Positions 14,539-28,212 of a DNA stretch of 64,000 nt are shown here, in pieces. A program made the position numbers and the translations under genes. Numbering within the stretch: the stretch's first letter is position 1; the number at the start of each line of letters is the position of its first letter. This stretch comes from the human T2T-CHM13v2.0 reference genome, Homo sapiens. The stretch lies in assembly GCF_009914755.1 (NCBI RefSeq), contig NC_060945.1. One strand, 5' to 3'. The notes beneath the pieces were generated by a model. It was not told the DNA's origin. It did no database searches and saw only the letters and a program-made list of their open reading frames with translations.

Positions 14539-16837
14539 ACCAGCTTTCTTTCCTGATAGGGCTCCAGAACTCCACATGGTGGACACTTGTCACTGGGAAT
14601 GATTCAGGCTTTAATGGGGCTGCTGGGCGGGAGCACAGGGCTTGAGGGCCAGAGGAAGTGGAGCAGGAACTGTGGCAAGAGGTAGAGGGAGCAAGCTGCC
14701 CCATCACCTCTCCTGAAATATCAAGCAAGTTAACAGGAGGATTTGTTGTGATTTGGAGATGGACCTTGGATTATCACTGTCACTGGGTCTGTCAGGCACT
14801 ATTTGTGACCTTGGGTATGCAATTTAATCACTCTCTGCCTCAGTTTCCCCTCCATAAAGCCAGGTCATTTGTGGCTGTTGGGGGGATTGATCTATTGGGG
14901 GTATAAGATTGTGTAAAGTCAGTAACCTGGGATGGGGGTGCTATTTGAACAGAGCACGCCAAGGAAGGTGTGTTTGAGCCAGGGGATCTGCAAAGAAAAT
15001 ATGGATCCCAGACAATCATGTCTCCATTTTCATCAGAAGAAATCCAGGGGCAGAGTTCAGTGATGAAACAAGTACTTAACTGAACCAAGACTCAAACCCT
15101 GGTCTTCTGTTTTCTGGTGTTGTCCTCTGGCCAAAATAACCCTGTCATGTTTGGTTGAAGTCATTATAAATGCTGCCCCAGATGCTACCTAGGGCTCCTT
15201 CAAGTTTCTAGTTCCTCCTTCCACAAACCAGAGGCCACAGCCCTTGATTTGAATTTTAAATTATCAGGAACCTCCTACCCAAAGAACACACAGCCCTCAT
15301 TTACAGCAGCTGCTGGCAGCTAGCTGAGTTCGAACAGATGCAAGAATCTCATAATCTGGGCCAGATATTAATCTGTCTTTTCTGTAACAGCAAAACAGAA
15401 GGGTGAGTCTTGAAGCAGTGCAGGGGGAAACCCCTTATTGTGCAACTCTTTTGTAACTCCTGGGCGGAGTCTGGACATGTGACTTCTGCTTGAAATTTAA
15501 CATTAGGGGAAAGACCATTTTTGGTCATAGCTGAGGTGATGACATCTTGGCAACTGGAATGGACATGACCTCTGTTCCATGTACTATGAGTAACTGCCCC
15601 CTCCCCATTTCTCAAAGTCATGTTCAGATGGCAAAACTGCCTGGGATTACCACATCTGACTCTTGCTAGCTGTTTCTGTGTCTATGGCTTCATACTGTCC
15701 AGACATAGACCTGGGGCTCAGCACACATGTATGTTTGAGTGGCATAAGGTCAGAAGCACAGATCCAGCAAAGACTGTGGCCCGGAGGAAGGTGGGTTGGT
15801 TGGAGGAAAGAAAGTGGAGGTGGGAGCAAACGAAGATAAGTAAACAAAAAAATGAGCTCTTAAGCAAAAAAGATTGCCTGTCTGCTGTAGCCTGTAAAGC
15901 TCTGATGAGAAACACTTTTATGATTTGCTGGTAAACTCCACCCAATTTGGTTCTGGAAGAGGTTATTTTTCATTGCAGTGTAAGCATGTAATTAGTTAAT
16001 TGGGAAATATGGCGCCATTTTCAAAGCTCACTTTCATCTGTCATCTCACTTACACCTCCCTGTGACCCTGGGAGATTGGTTTTATTATGCCCATTTTACA
16101 GATGTGGAAACTGAAGCTCGGAGAGGTGAACCCCCTAAAAAGAAATTGGAGAGGCTTATCCTGACTCATCCGTGGTCCCTGATTCCTTGTGCCTGAGATG
16201 CAGACTGTGGCTTGGGAATAGGGGAGGGCTCAGAGGGCTGGAGCTCAGCTGAGTGGCCGGATGTTCCCTCACAGGGTACCCTCCTTTGGCTTCCTGTTGA
16301 CCCTAGTAGTTGTCAATAGTGCTGCAGGTGCTCCACGCCTTCCCACCCTCTGGATGAAGCTCATCCTAAGGAATTAGCATCTCATTTCTAATTCTCAGGT
16401 CCTCAGGAATCAGACTTGTATTTTGGGTCAAATTTGCATACCTTGGGGCTTCTGTTTTCTCAAGCTATGTATGGACCCCAGAGCAAATCCCAACCATGGT
16501 TCAATATCAGCCTCTGGGAATCTGCAGATCACTGGAAGCCAGGCTGCCCACGCTTTCTGGAAGCCACTTCCTAGTGAAGGAGCCCTGGAGGAAAGAGGCA
16601 ATGGTATAGGAGTCTCCCTAAAGTGAGAAGTGTGGAGCCCAGCACTTCAACTATGTCTGTGGGTGGAGCCAAAATAACCAGTTGCTCCTGATCGCTGCAT
16701 GTCAGCAATTGTATCACAACAAGAGGCCACAGGGCATCACCCTACCCAACACTGTGATGGGGGCCGGGGTCACATGTGCTTAAGTGTCTCTGTAAATCAG
16801 CCCTTCAGTTGGGATTAAGACAGTTCAGGATCCCAAG

Positions 16838-17030
16838 AACACACATGCACACACACAACCCACTTGCACATACATGTGTGCAGTCACACTTCCAGAGACA
16901 CACATAGACATACATATGTATACACACATGTGCGTGTGTGCACACAGGTATTCACATGCACACACACACGCACACTTATACACTAACACACATGTGCATA
17001 TGTGCACGCATGCACACACACACACACACC
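16838..17030. repeat. Degenerate (CA)n/(CATG) simple repeat
   Basis: Visible purine-pyrimidine alternation. Confidence 0.9.
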
Positions 17031-17104
17031 CCACTCCTTTTGCTTGCTTCACCTTTTCTGTCTCTGCTCCTCCTGGTGGTCATCACCTCCCATGCCCTGT
17101 CTCC

Positions 17105-17530
17105 TGTATCAATGCCCCAGGACTACCTACTATAACAAAGTGTCACAAAGTGGGTGGTTTAAAGCAACAGAAATGTATCCTTTCACAGTTCTGGAGGCTA
17201 GAAATCCAAGATCATGGTGTCTATAAGGTTGGTTCCTTTTAAGTGCAGTGAGGAAAGAGCTGGCTCCAGCCCTCTCTCCCATTGGCTGGTAGATGATCAT
17301 CTTCTCCCTGTGTCTCTTCATGTCACTTTCCCTCCTTGCCCCTCTCTGTGTCCAAATTCCCCCTTTTTATAAGGATACCAGTCATATTGTATTAGGGCCA
17401 GATCTAATTATTTCATTTTAACTCAATTACCTCTGTAAGTAACCTACCTCCAAAGACAGTGTCATTTTGAGGTTCTGGGGGTTAGGACTTCAACATATCA
17501 ATTTGAGGGCACACAATACAGCCCATATAC
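17105..17530 (-). mobile_element. MaLR solo LTR (MLT1B/C-like)
   Basis: ggtggtttaaagcaacagaaatgtat...tcacagttctggaggctagaa...gggttaggacttcaacatat. Confidence 0.8.
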
Positions 17531-17539
17531 ACCTCAACA

Positions 17540-18540
17540 CTAAATAAGTTACATGGTAGTTCTATTTTTACTTCTTTGAGAAATCTTCATCCTGTTTTTC
17601 GTAGTGGCTGCACTGATTTTTACTTCCATCAACCGTGTGTCCCCGTCTTTTGATATGTGTGTATGTCATATGTCTTCTTTTGATAAGTGTGTATTCATGT
17701 TTTGACCACTTTTTAATGGGATTATTATTATTTGTTGTTGTTTTGACTGTTGACTTTGTTGAGGTTTTTGTATATTCTGGATATTAGTTCCTTGTCCAAA
17801 TGAATAGTTTGCAGATATTTTCTCCCATCCAAAAGGGCATCTCTTCCCTTTGTAGATTGTTTCCTTTGCTGTGCAGAAGCATTTTAGTTTAATATAGTCT
17901 CATTTCTCTATTTCTGTTTTTGTTGCCTGTGTTTTTGAGGTCTTAGCCATAAATTGTTCGCCTAGCGCAATGTCCTGAAGTGTTTTTGCTATGTTTTCTT
18001 CTACCAGTTTATGTTTTCAGGTCTTATGCTCAAGTTTTTAATTCACCTTGGGTTGATTTGTGTACATGGTAAGAGATAAAGGTTCAGTTTCATGCATCTA
18101 TGTGTGAGTATCTAATTTTCCCAGCATCATTTATTGAAGAGGGTGTCTTTTTCCCATTGCATGCTCTTCATTCTTTTATGGAAAATCAATTGACTGCAAG
18201 TATGTGGATTTATTTTTGGTTTGTCTATTCCATTGGACTATGTGTCTATTTTTATGCCAATACCATGCTATTTGGGTTACCAATAGCCTTGTAGTATATT
18301 TTAAAGTCAGATAGTGTAATGCCTTTTTCTTTTTTCTCAGAATTGCTTTGGCCTTTCAGACTCTTTTATACTGTTTTTTCTATTTCTGTGGGAAAAAATG
18401 ATGTTGGTATTTTGATAGGGATTTCATTGAATCTGTAGATTGCTTTGGGCAGTATGGTCATTTTGATTATATTAATTCTTTCAATCCATGAGCATGGGAT
18501 GTCTTTCCATTTGTTTGTGTTCTCTTTCATTTTTTTTTTT
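17540..18540 (-). mobile_element. L1M (L1MA/MB-like) fragment
   Basis: Antisense ORF2 3' motifs (ttgctgtgcagaagc, gaatctgtagattgctttgggcagtatgg). Confidence 0.85.
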
Positions 18541-19703
18541 CATTAGTATATTATTATTTGTGCAGTGAGCAGAGCAAAGTCAGGGACACTGTTTGTAGAA
18601 CCTGGCTGCCTCCCCTCCCGCAGCCCAGCTGATTGTCCTGGTTGCCAGGCGCTTGTTTGCATTAGAGACAGAACACTCTGCAGGGTTCTGAATGGTTCAT
18701 TGTGGCCCTTAGGCCACTGGCAAGCAGTGGCAGAGCCACGGAGGGGCTGCTGGTCCCCAAATGTCTCTCCAGCCACTCTGGGGCTGGTGGGGGCTGCCCT
18801 GCTGGTGATGGCTTGAGAGAAGACCTGGGGGTCCCTGGGCATCCTGGGGAGGTCCTGGTTTGTGCTGCTGTGGTGATCTTAATCATCAAGAGATGACACA
18901 CTTTATGACACACGAAAAGAACTGAGCCAAACACTGTTTCCATCAAGAGGTCCATGTAGAAGGCAGCCAGAACGTGTAGAAGGATGGAAGTCAAGGCACA
19001 GGCCCAGGAAGCCTTCAAGTCACCCCTGATGGAGGCCAGACCTTGAACATTATAATCCCTCTGCTTGTCAACCATTAATACAGGTCTTCCCTGCAGGACA
19101 TAGGAGGCTTTCTGGGAAAAGCATGGAAAAAACAAGCCTACTAAATGTTCTCAAGTGACTGATGTAGGACACATCTTAAAAGGATCAAAGGAGGATGAAG
19201 AAAAACTTCAGAAGAAAATAACAGGTGGTTTGAATGAAAACACTCATTTTGCAGAAAGTCCAGAAGTGCTCAACCAAGAAATTACAAGATGGAAGCAAAG
19301 AGTACAGAAAAAGGAGGCGAAAGAAAAGCTGGAACTTTTGAATGCACAAATAAAAAAGGTCATGAAAGATACCATGAGCCAATTAAAATCTATGGCTGAA
19401 AACCTGCTGGACACCATGTAGTTGCGAGATTTCCCTAGAGACCACGGTGACGAGACCTAGAAAACAGAGCTAAAGAGAAAAGCAGAAAATGAAGACCGCC
19501 TCCCCCAGCCCCAGCCCTCCCAACTGTAAGTCAGAAGAGTTTTGCTGGGTGATGGTGACTTAAATATGTCCTGTGAAAGTCAAGAAAAATCAAGAAATAG
19601 CCAGGCAATTGTGGGAAGAAAATGCAATGAATGAGAGCTCACAGGAAAAATCAAATGCCTCCAAACTGAGAAAGCATCTTTGCAATTTGAAAATTCCTAG
19701 CTG

Positions 19704-19984
19704 GGCCAGGTGTGGTGGCTCACACCTGTAATCCCAGCACTTTGGGAGGCGGAGGCAGGCTGATTACTTAAGGTCGGGAGTTCGAGACCAGCCTGGGCAA
19801 CATGGTGAAACCCTGTCTCTACTAAAAATACAAAAAATTAGCTGGGTATGGTGGTGTGCACCTGTAATCCCAGCTACTTAGGAGGCTGAGGCAGGAGAAC
19901 TGCTTGAACCTGGGAAGTCGAAGCTGCAGTGAGCCGAGATTGTGCCTGGCAACAGAGCAAGACTCCATCTAAAAAAAAAAAAAA
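19704..19984 (+). mobile_element. AluS inserted in the CTAGE-like retrocopy
   Basis: Alu with polyA; TSD aaattcctagct / aaaatcctggct. Confidence 0.95.
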
Positions 19985-20238
19985 TCCTGGCTCACAGGTG
20001 GGATCCAGAACCTGCAGCTGAAGCTTCAAATCCTGCCTGAATCACATCAAGAACATATAGTGCAACTTCAGAGAAGATCACCTGAGGTGGAAACACACAG
20101 CTTAGAGATGAAGAAACTTCCCAGCATGTGTAGAAACGTGAACACACACAGCGGATTTGAAGCCTCTACAAGGAGATGGCCAAAGACATCAGCAAAGAAT
20201 TGGAGAGGACCACTTCCTTCTGTCAGAAGAAGATTATC

Positions 20239-20547
<309 letters not shown>

Positions 20548-21465
20548 AGAAGAAGATTATCATCTGTGAGGAAAGAGCTCAGGAAAGCTGGAGGGCAGTT
20601 CTGTCCACTGAGAGAAAGCTCCAGGAGCTAAGAAAAGAAGATGATTGTAGTAGGCCAATCCTGGCTGACGTGGACTTCAAGTTCCAGGCTTTCCCTGGGG
20701 GATCCTTTGCTCCTGCTTCTCCAGGCACAGCCCACAGAGGCCCAGAAGTAGCAGGGGTCCCCTGGGTCATCAGGTCCCCAGCAAGGAGGAGGGAGGTGCT
20801 GTGAGGCTCAGGGACCCAGGCCACCAGGTTTCACTCAACTCTCCCAGAAGTAGGGCCCTGAATGCGCGGGACCACAGAGGGACACAGCAGCCTGGGCTGT
20901 CTCTTTAAAGTGATCTGGATTTATCTCTTTTTAGTTTAGCTATTGTTACTTGGGATGCCACGATTTTGATTTCTTGAAGTTTGGTATAGCATTATAATTT
21001 TACGTTAGTATTTTAAAATATAGACATCAATGTAATTCTCATAAATATAATTCCTCATCACTGGACCCTTTAAATTACATGGTATGAGTATTGCATTTTT
21101 ATTTAAGTTCACCTTTTATGTTTGAGATGGGTGGAGATGTTTAAAACGATAAAGTTCATTTCTGAATGCCACAAGCTGTTACTGTACATCTATACAAGTA
21201 ACAGTATTTACCTGAATAAATTTTAATTGTTTTTAAAAACAATGCAAAAAAACTTAAGAACAATATAACATTCAAACTATCTAATATTTGTATTAGTTTA
21301 GTCCTAAATTTATTGACTAACCTGGGAGAGTTGATATTTTATAACTATTTGTTTCTTGTTTTATATTTTTCTTAACCATTGATGTTTTAAGACAATGTTG
21401 TCTAAACATTTCTAAACTATATAATCAACAAAAAGATTTCCATTGATGGCAAACCCATTCTCTGT

Positions 21466-21467
21466 TA

Positions 21468-21514
<47 letters not shown>
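21466..21514. repeat. (CA)n microsatellite
   Basis: Near-perfect CA run. Confidence 0.97.
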
Positions 21515-21518
<4 letters not shown>

Positions 21519-24091
21519 CACCCGAATGTTGAGAGAAGGGACTTTCAGTTGTTATGTCAGTACCTGAAGAAAATGTAGAATTAAGAGAGATACAAAGTGT
21601 TTTTTTAATATTTACATAAATAAAGGAAAAACTTTGTATGTACACAATTTGTACACACAGAAAAGACAACTAAATTATCTATACACTAAAGGAGAGTTGC
21701 CTGATGAATCAGACAAGATTTCAACAAGAAACAGTTCATTCCAAATGGTGCAGATGAAGAGACTTTGATAAAGGAAAGTTTCCTGGGCTGTCACAGTTTC
21801 GTATGACAGTTTCCTGGGCGGAGATAAAGGCTTGGACAAGAGATGGTGAGACTCCCAGGGGCTAGCACTAGAGAAAAGGTAGTCTTACCTCTGGACCTAA
21901 AAGGAGGAGGATGTGGTGTCATCTGAGCCCAGTGAAGAACTGTCTTGGGACCTGAAGAAACTAGAGCTAGAGGTGCCTACTAAGGTGGCCACGGCGCATT
22001 GCTGGAGCTGTGCCCCATGCTCCAACTGTCTCTGCAGCCGGCTGGGGAGGGTGGGAACATCAAGGAAGGCTCTCTGGAGGAGGTGGTCCCTGAGCTTAAC
22101 ACTGATGAATGAGTAGGAGCTACCTCCAATGCTTTTCACACATGAAGGGGTAGATGAATCACTTGGAGATCTTTCACTAAGCAGGTTCAGATTATCAGGT
22201 CTTGCAGCAGGAGCTGAGACCCCGGGTTGCTCCCAGGTGATGCCTACAGCAGGATGAGATGTGGAACAGCAAGAATCCTTCGATAAATACAGGGCAGGAT
22301 CCGGGGAAGTTGAAGGGACAGGAGCATTTCCTGCAGACAGTACAGCCCAGGCAAAGACACAAGGGCACAGACAGCCTGGTCTGCGTGAGCTGCACCATGT
22401 GACTGGGGTTCTGCAGCCCAACATCAGGCAGGAAGGACAGGACCATGAGAAACAGCGTGCAACATATGCAGGGTGTCTTCCCAATTATCCTCAGAAACAC
22501 TCATCTGCGTGGGTGAGTCTTGTCCTGAGGATACCACCTGTCCCAGAAAAGTGTGAGGAACCGTAGGCTGAAGCTCCCCCTTGGAGAAGCCACCATGGAG
22601 GGTATGCTTGGCCTCCAGAATCCCCTGTGTGGGTCAGCAGCTCCCTGCTCTCCCGGTTGCTCAGCCCAGACATCTGGAAATCCCTCCTGACTCCTCTGTA
22701 TCCATCCATCAGGTACTCCCATAAATTCCGCCCTGCAAAGCCCCTCTACTCTTTTCTGTCCATCTCGACTACCACCATCCTGTAAGCCACCATTACCTCT
22801 TCCCAAGTGCTCTGTTCCTTGGGTAACCACCTCCCTTACTAGGCCCCCACTTCACTATTACTTCCTCCAATTCATGTCTGCACACAGCCAGAGTGGACCT
22901 TTTACCAAAGACCTGAGCATGCTTCATATGAAGCCAGACCTCGGCCTGCATGCGGTGAGTGTGCAGCAGCCCTTGACCTTGGTCCTTGTCTCCTACCTCG
23001 GGTCATGAACAGCAAAGGTGAGCACACATCCCTGAGTGCCCTGGACGGGCCTGGCTGGGGCCAGCGTATCATGCTGTGCCCAGTATATTATTCATAGCTC
23101 CCTTTCACTCTTAAAATTGCTTCAGTTACGACAATAAATTATATGATCACAGAATGAATGGGTCACTTGCATTCAAACTTTTCAAAGAGAACTGCAACAT
23201 TCCTAAAATATAGAAGCTCATGAGAAAATAGACAACATGAGTCAAATCAAACTCTAAATACAGCCGTGGACAGTCAAAGAAACGCCACTGCTTTGCCAAG
23301 TTAGCCCATGTGGGAACATCACGTTTTTGGTTAAGACAATTCTATATTCTTAAAGGCCAAATGTAAGCCACCTCAGTTTTGGGAAGGTCCCAATAAAAGC
23401 TGAATAATGTGTAAGCATAGTTTAAAGTTAAGGCCCCTCTAATTTATTGTGGACCTGAAGATATTATGCTTGAAAATCATTTCACAGGAGTCCATTCTAA
23501 AGTTTGTATGATGCAACGTTCTTGTGAATTATAGACAAATGATTCATCTGTTTGACTCAGATTCAAGGACATTTTTTGTGGTGAAGTAAGGCACTGAGTC
23601 TCAAGATATAATGTAAAGATATGGAGTTGCTATGCCAGGAAAAGAACTATAGAAAGGGCAGCTAGGAAGTCAATGCAATAGTCAGCACACCTCTGGGGCC
23701 CTCCCTGGGAGCCTCTGATTCCATTACTCTTGGGTGGGCCCTGGACATCTATATTTTCTCCAAGTTCCATTCATGATTCTAATGCTCAGCAAAGCTGGGG
23801 AACCACTGCAATAAGGCATGATCTTGAGAGTTATGGCGCAGAGACATGCATCTGCCTCTGACTCAGCACAAGGGGCACCCCGCTTCTCACGTCTCATGAC
23901 TGCATGGTGTACAGTGTGGTCAGTTCAGCCTTTATGTCTAACCTCTGTCCTTCTCCACCCTGTGGGGTGCCGCTGACCTGTGGGGTGTTGACCACAAACA
24001 GATTCCTACCCCATGTTTCTTGGGGGTTCATCCCATGGGGATTTCCAGAAGGAGACTGGAGTTTCACTCTCCTGCCTCCCCTGATCCCTGC

Positions 24092-24393
24092 TTTTTTTTT
24101 TTTTTTTTGAGACAGGGTCTCACTCTAACACTCAGGCTGGAGTGCCGTGGTATGATCTCGGCTGACTAGCAACCTCCACCTCCTGGGTTCAAGCGATTCT
24201 TCTGCTTCAGCTTCCCGAGCTGCTGAACTAAAGGCACGTGCCACCACGCCTGGCTAATTTTTTTATTTTTAGTATATTTTAGTAGAGACGGAATTTCACC
24301 GTGTTGGCCAGCCTGGTCTTGAACTCCTGACCTCAAGTGATCTGCCCGCCTTGGCCTCCTAAAGTGCTAAGATTCCAGACGTGAGCCACCGGG
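24092..24393 (-). mobile_element. AluS
   Basis: polyT followed by a reverse Alu body. Confidence 0.93.
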
Positions 24394-24579
24394 CTCTCCT
24401 GCCTCCCTTTTGACCAGCTGGCCTTGAGCTGGCTGTGTCCGTGGGCCTGAGGCTATGCTCCTCTCAAAGGCTGACTCTCCATGGCTCTCCTTGTGGTTCC
24501 ACTAACTAGTGCCTACCCTTGTCCCTCGAGGCTTAGAAGGTGCTGAAGCTGAACTGCAGGGAGCCCCAGGTTACTGCCT

Positions 24580-25030
24580 GTATTCATTACCTGTGTCTGC
24601 TGTAAGAAATTTCCACACACTCATTCACTTAAAACAACATATATTTATTATCTTACATTTCTAGAGGACAAGAGTCCAGAAATAGTCCCACTGGGCTAAC
24701 GTCAAGGGCTAGTGCCCTCTGGAGCTCCTAGAGTCAGCCTGCATTCCCAGGCTTATGGCCCCTTCCACCATCCTGAGAGCCAGCAGTGTGGCACCTTCAA
24801 CTCTCTCTCTGCCCACCCTCCGCTTTCATCATCACTCATCTCTGACTGTGAGGATCCTGCTTCCCTCTTTCGAGGAACCCTGTGACTACATGGGTGATCC
24901 ATGACAGTCTGCCCATCTCCAGATCCTCAGTCACCCTGCAAAGTCTCTTTTGCCGAGTAAGGCAGCATGTTCACAGGTTCTGGGGAGCAGGAGGTGGACC
25001 TCTTGGGGGTCATTATTGCGTGTACCGCAC
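24580..25030 (-). mobile_element. MLT1-type LTR
   Basis: ttaaaacaacatatatttattatcttaca...cacaggttctgggg. Confidence 0.7.
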
Positions 25031-25549
25031 CTTGCTTTCTACTTTGCAGTTTCCTACGCCCACACCTTTGTGAACAGCCCCGTGGTGTATGAACCCTCCT
25101 CAAAGTCACCTGTTTCCAGCATCATTTTTTCCCTAACTCTGTGCACCATCTCTAGCACTTATTTTTTAAATGTATTGAAAAGATAGACTCAATTAGCACT
25201 TATGGAACAGCTTTCCGAGGAAATGAATAGATTTGAGCAGTTTGCTGATAGAGGTGCCCAGTGGAAATATCAAAGTACAAATGAGAATGTTGGTGGTTTC
25301 CATGAAGTGAAGCTGTCTGACCAGACAATAACATGAGAATCATGTCTCCACAGAGATTACCCACTTTTGAATCACTCTGTCAAGGTGTTGGCACAATGCT
25401 GCCCTCATTATCGAAAGGCGATGACTACAACAGTCTTGTTCATTCAAGAGCTGTACTCCAGTCAAGGAACTGAGAACCTCCCAGGGGGCACAGCCTTGTG
25501 CTTGGTTGTGCAACCAACATGCCTTATTTCTAATTTCACACACAATGTG

Positions 25550-26165
25550 TGTGATCAGCAAAACAAGGGCCCCCCAAATATGTCTATGCCCTAATCTCTG
25601 AGGCCTGTGAATATGCTGTGTTACATGGTCAGAGAGACTTTGCAGATGTAATTAAATTTAGGGACTTTATAATAGTGAGATTGTCCTGGATTCTCTGGGT
25701 GGGCCAAATTAATTTCATGAGGCCTTCACAGTAGGGCACTCTCAGGCTGGGAGCAGAAGAGGGGTGCAGCAGGAAGAGAAGTCAGTGGAGTCTGATCCTG
25801 AGATGGATGGCATGCACGCTCACTGGCCCTGAGATGCAGGGGCCACATGTGAGGACCAGAGGGAGATCTCTAGGGGCTCTGACGGCTCCTCCCAGCTGAC
25901 AGCCAGCAAGGAAACAGGGACCTCAGCCCCACAACCATGGAAACTACTAGCAGTATAGATGAACCTGGCTGCTGATTTTTCCCAGGGCCTCTTAGTAAGA
26001 ACCCAGCTGGTTGACATCTTGGTTTCAGGCTTACAGAACCCAAAGCAGAGAAAGCAGTTGAGCTGTCCCAGACTTCCGACCTACAGAACTGTCAGGCAAT
26101 AAACCGTTATTGGTTTCAGCCCCTAGCTTTGTGACTGTTTGTCATGGCAGCAACAGAAAACTAAA
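25550..26165 (+). mobile_element. MLT1-type LTR
   Basis: tgtgaatatgctgtgttacatgg...gactttgcagatgtaattaa...cagcaacagaaaactaa. Confidence 0.78.
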
Positions 26166-26374
26166 CGAAGCCATTTCAGTGAGAGCAGGAAAAGTGCTGT
26201 AAAATAGTATTCTCTAAAAGAGAAAATTTTCATTGTTTATTTCTGATGATAAAAATAATACACTCTCATTCTTGGAAAATAGAACAACATGAAAAAAAAA
26301 GAAGAAAATTAAAATTACTTATAATCTCGCCAACCAGAGATCATTATCATTATTGCAATGGACTATATCATGTT

Positions 26375-26765
26375 CCCTCAAAATTCATATGTTGAAATTC
26401 CCAACCACCAATGGGACTGTATTAGGAGGTGGGGTCTTTATGGAGGTAATTAAGGTAACTGAGGCCATGAAAGTAGGGCTCTGATCGAATAGGATTGGTG
26501 TCCTCATAAAAAGATAATTTAATAATTATATATATTGTATATACACAATCTCTCCCTCTCTCTCTCTTTCTCTGCTACGTGAGGACACAGCAAGGGGAGA
26601 GAGCAGCTATCTGCAAGCCGGGAAGAAAGCCCGCATCAGAAACCCAATAGGCTGGCACCTTGATCTTGGACTTCCAGCCTCCAGAACTGAGAGAAATAAA
26701 TGTCCGTTGTTTAGGCCACTCAGTCTATAGTATTTACTTATGGCAGCCCAAGCATACTAATACAA
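26375..26765 (+). mobile_element. MLT1A/MST-type LTR
   Basis: aaattcatatgttgaa...gatcttggacttccagcctccagaactg...actaataca. Confidence 0.8.
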
Positions 26766-27037
26766 TTACTGATCGCATTTTCCTGTATTTCTTACCAATA
26801 TTTTAAAGCCCACATTTTTCTTAGAAGTAAGAACATGTCATATATAATCATATAGCTTCTTAATAAGTAACATTGTTGCCATTAATATGTTACTAGAAAA
26901 ATTTAAAAATCTGTTTTTCAATGACTACATAATAGTTTTTCAAGCTCCATAATGGCAAGGTCTTTCCTTTTTTAAAAAAGTGAGGTTTAATTTACATGCA
27001 GTAAAATGAACAGATTGTAAGGGTTCAGTTTGATCAG

Positions 27038-27427
27038 TGTATTAGTTCATTGCTGCACTGCTGTAAAGAAATACCTGAGACTGGGTAATTTGTAAAGAAA
27101 AGAGGTTTAATTGGCTCATGGTTCTGCAGGCTGTATAGAAAGCACGACAGTCTCTGGGGAGGCCTCAGGAAACTTACAATCATGTCGGAAGGCAAAGAGG
27201 CAGCAGATGCATCTTATGTGGCTGGAGCACAAGGAATAGAGAGAGAGGAGAGAGGTGTTGAACACTTTTAAACAACCAGATCTTGTGAGAACTCCATCAC
27301 AAGAAGAGCATCAAAGGAAGAAACTGCTCCCATGATCCAATCACCTCCCACCAGGCCCCCGCTCCAACATTGGGGATTACAATTCGACATGAGACTTGGG
27401 CAGGGGCACAGATCCAAACCATATCAA
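27038..27427 (-). mobile_element. MSTA-like LTR
   Basis: tgtattagt...aagaaatacctgagactgggtaattt...atccaaaccatatca. Confidence 0.85.
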
Positions 27428-28212
27428 TCAGTTCTGACAAATGCATTCAGCTATGTAACTCACATCACTATCAATATATTAGATGTTTTCGATCACTCTA
27501 GAAAATTCCTTCTGTGCCACTTCCTGATCAATTCCCACCATTCCAGAAACAACTTCTATTCTCATTTCTATCCCCATGAATTAGTTTTCCTTGAGAAGGT
27601 CATAAATGTTATCATACACTATGTACTTTTGTGTCTGCTTCTCTCACTCGGAATAATGCTTTTGAGATTCATGCATGTTGCTGTGTATTGGTGCTTTGGT
27701 CCTGTCTGTTGCTGAGTCATGTATGGGTACACTGCAATTTTGTTATTGGTTCACCAGTTCATGAACGCTTGGCATATTTCTGTTTTGGAGCTAGTATGAA
27801 TAAAGCTGCTATGAACATTTTTGTGCAAGGATTTTTGTGGGCATATGTTTTCATATCTCTAGGAACTGAATTGTGAGTCATAGGATAGATATATATTTAA
27901 AATTATAAGAAACTTCCAAACCATTTTTCAAAATGGTTATATCATTTTATGTGCTCACCAGCTACATGTAAGAGTTCCAGTAGTTCGGCTTCCTCTGCTA
28001 TACTTGGAATGGTCAATCTTTTTCATTTTAGCCATGCTAGAGGGCTGAAGTCCTATCTCACTTTTAATATGCATTTCCCTGATGACTAACGGTGTTCATG
28101 TGCTTATTGGTCACATATCCTATTTGGTAAAGTCTCTTTTTAGTCTTTTACCTAATTTTAACTAGGGTTGTTTTTTTTATTATTAAATTCTAGCAGATTT
28201 TAAAAATATATG

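Noticed and set aside
21897-22484. 195-aa minus-strand ORF
   Set aside because: Non-ATG start, no homology, and the paralogous block at 43.7-44.2 kb does not preserve a comparable frame
22921-22934. Perfect 14-bp palindrome gcttcatatgaagc
   Set aside because: A few palindromes this long are expected by chance in 64 kb
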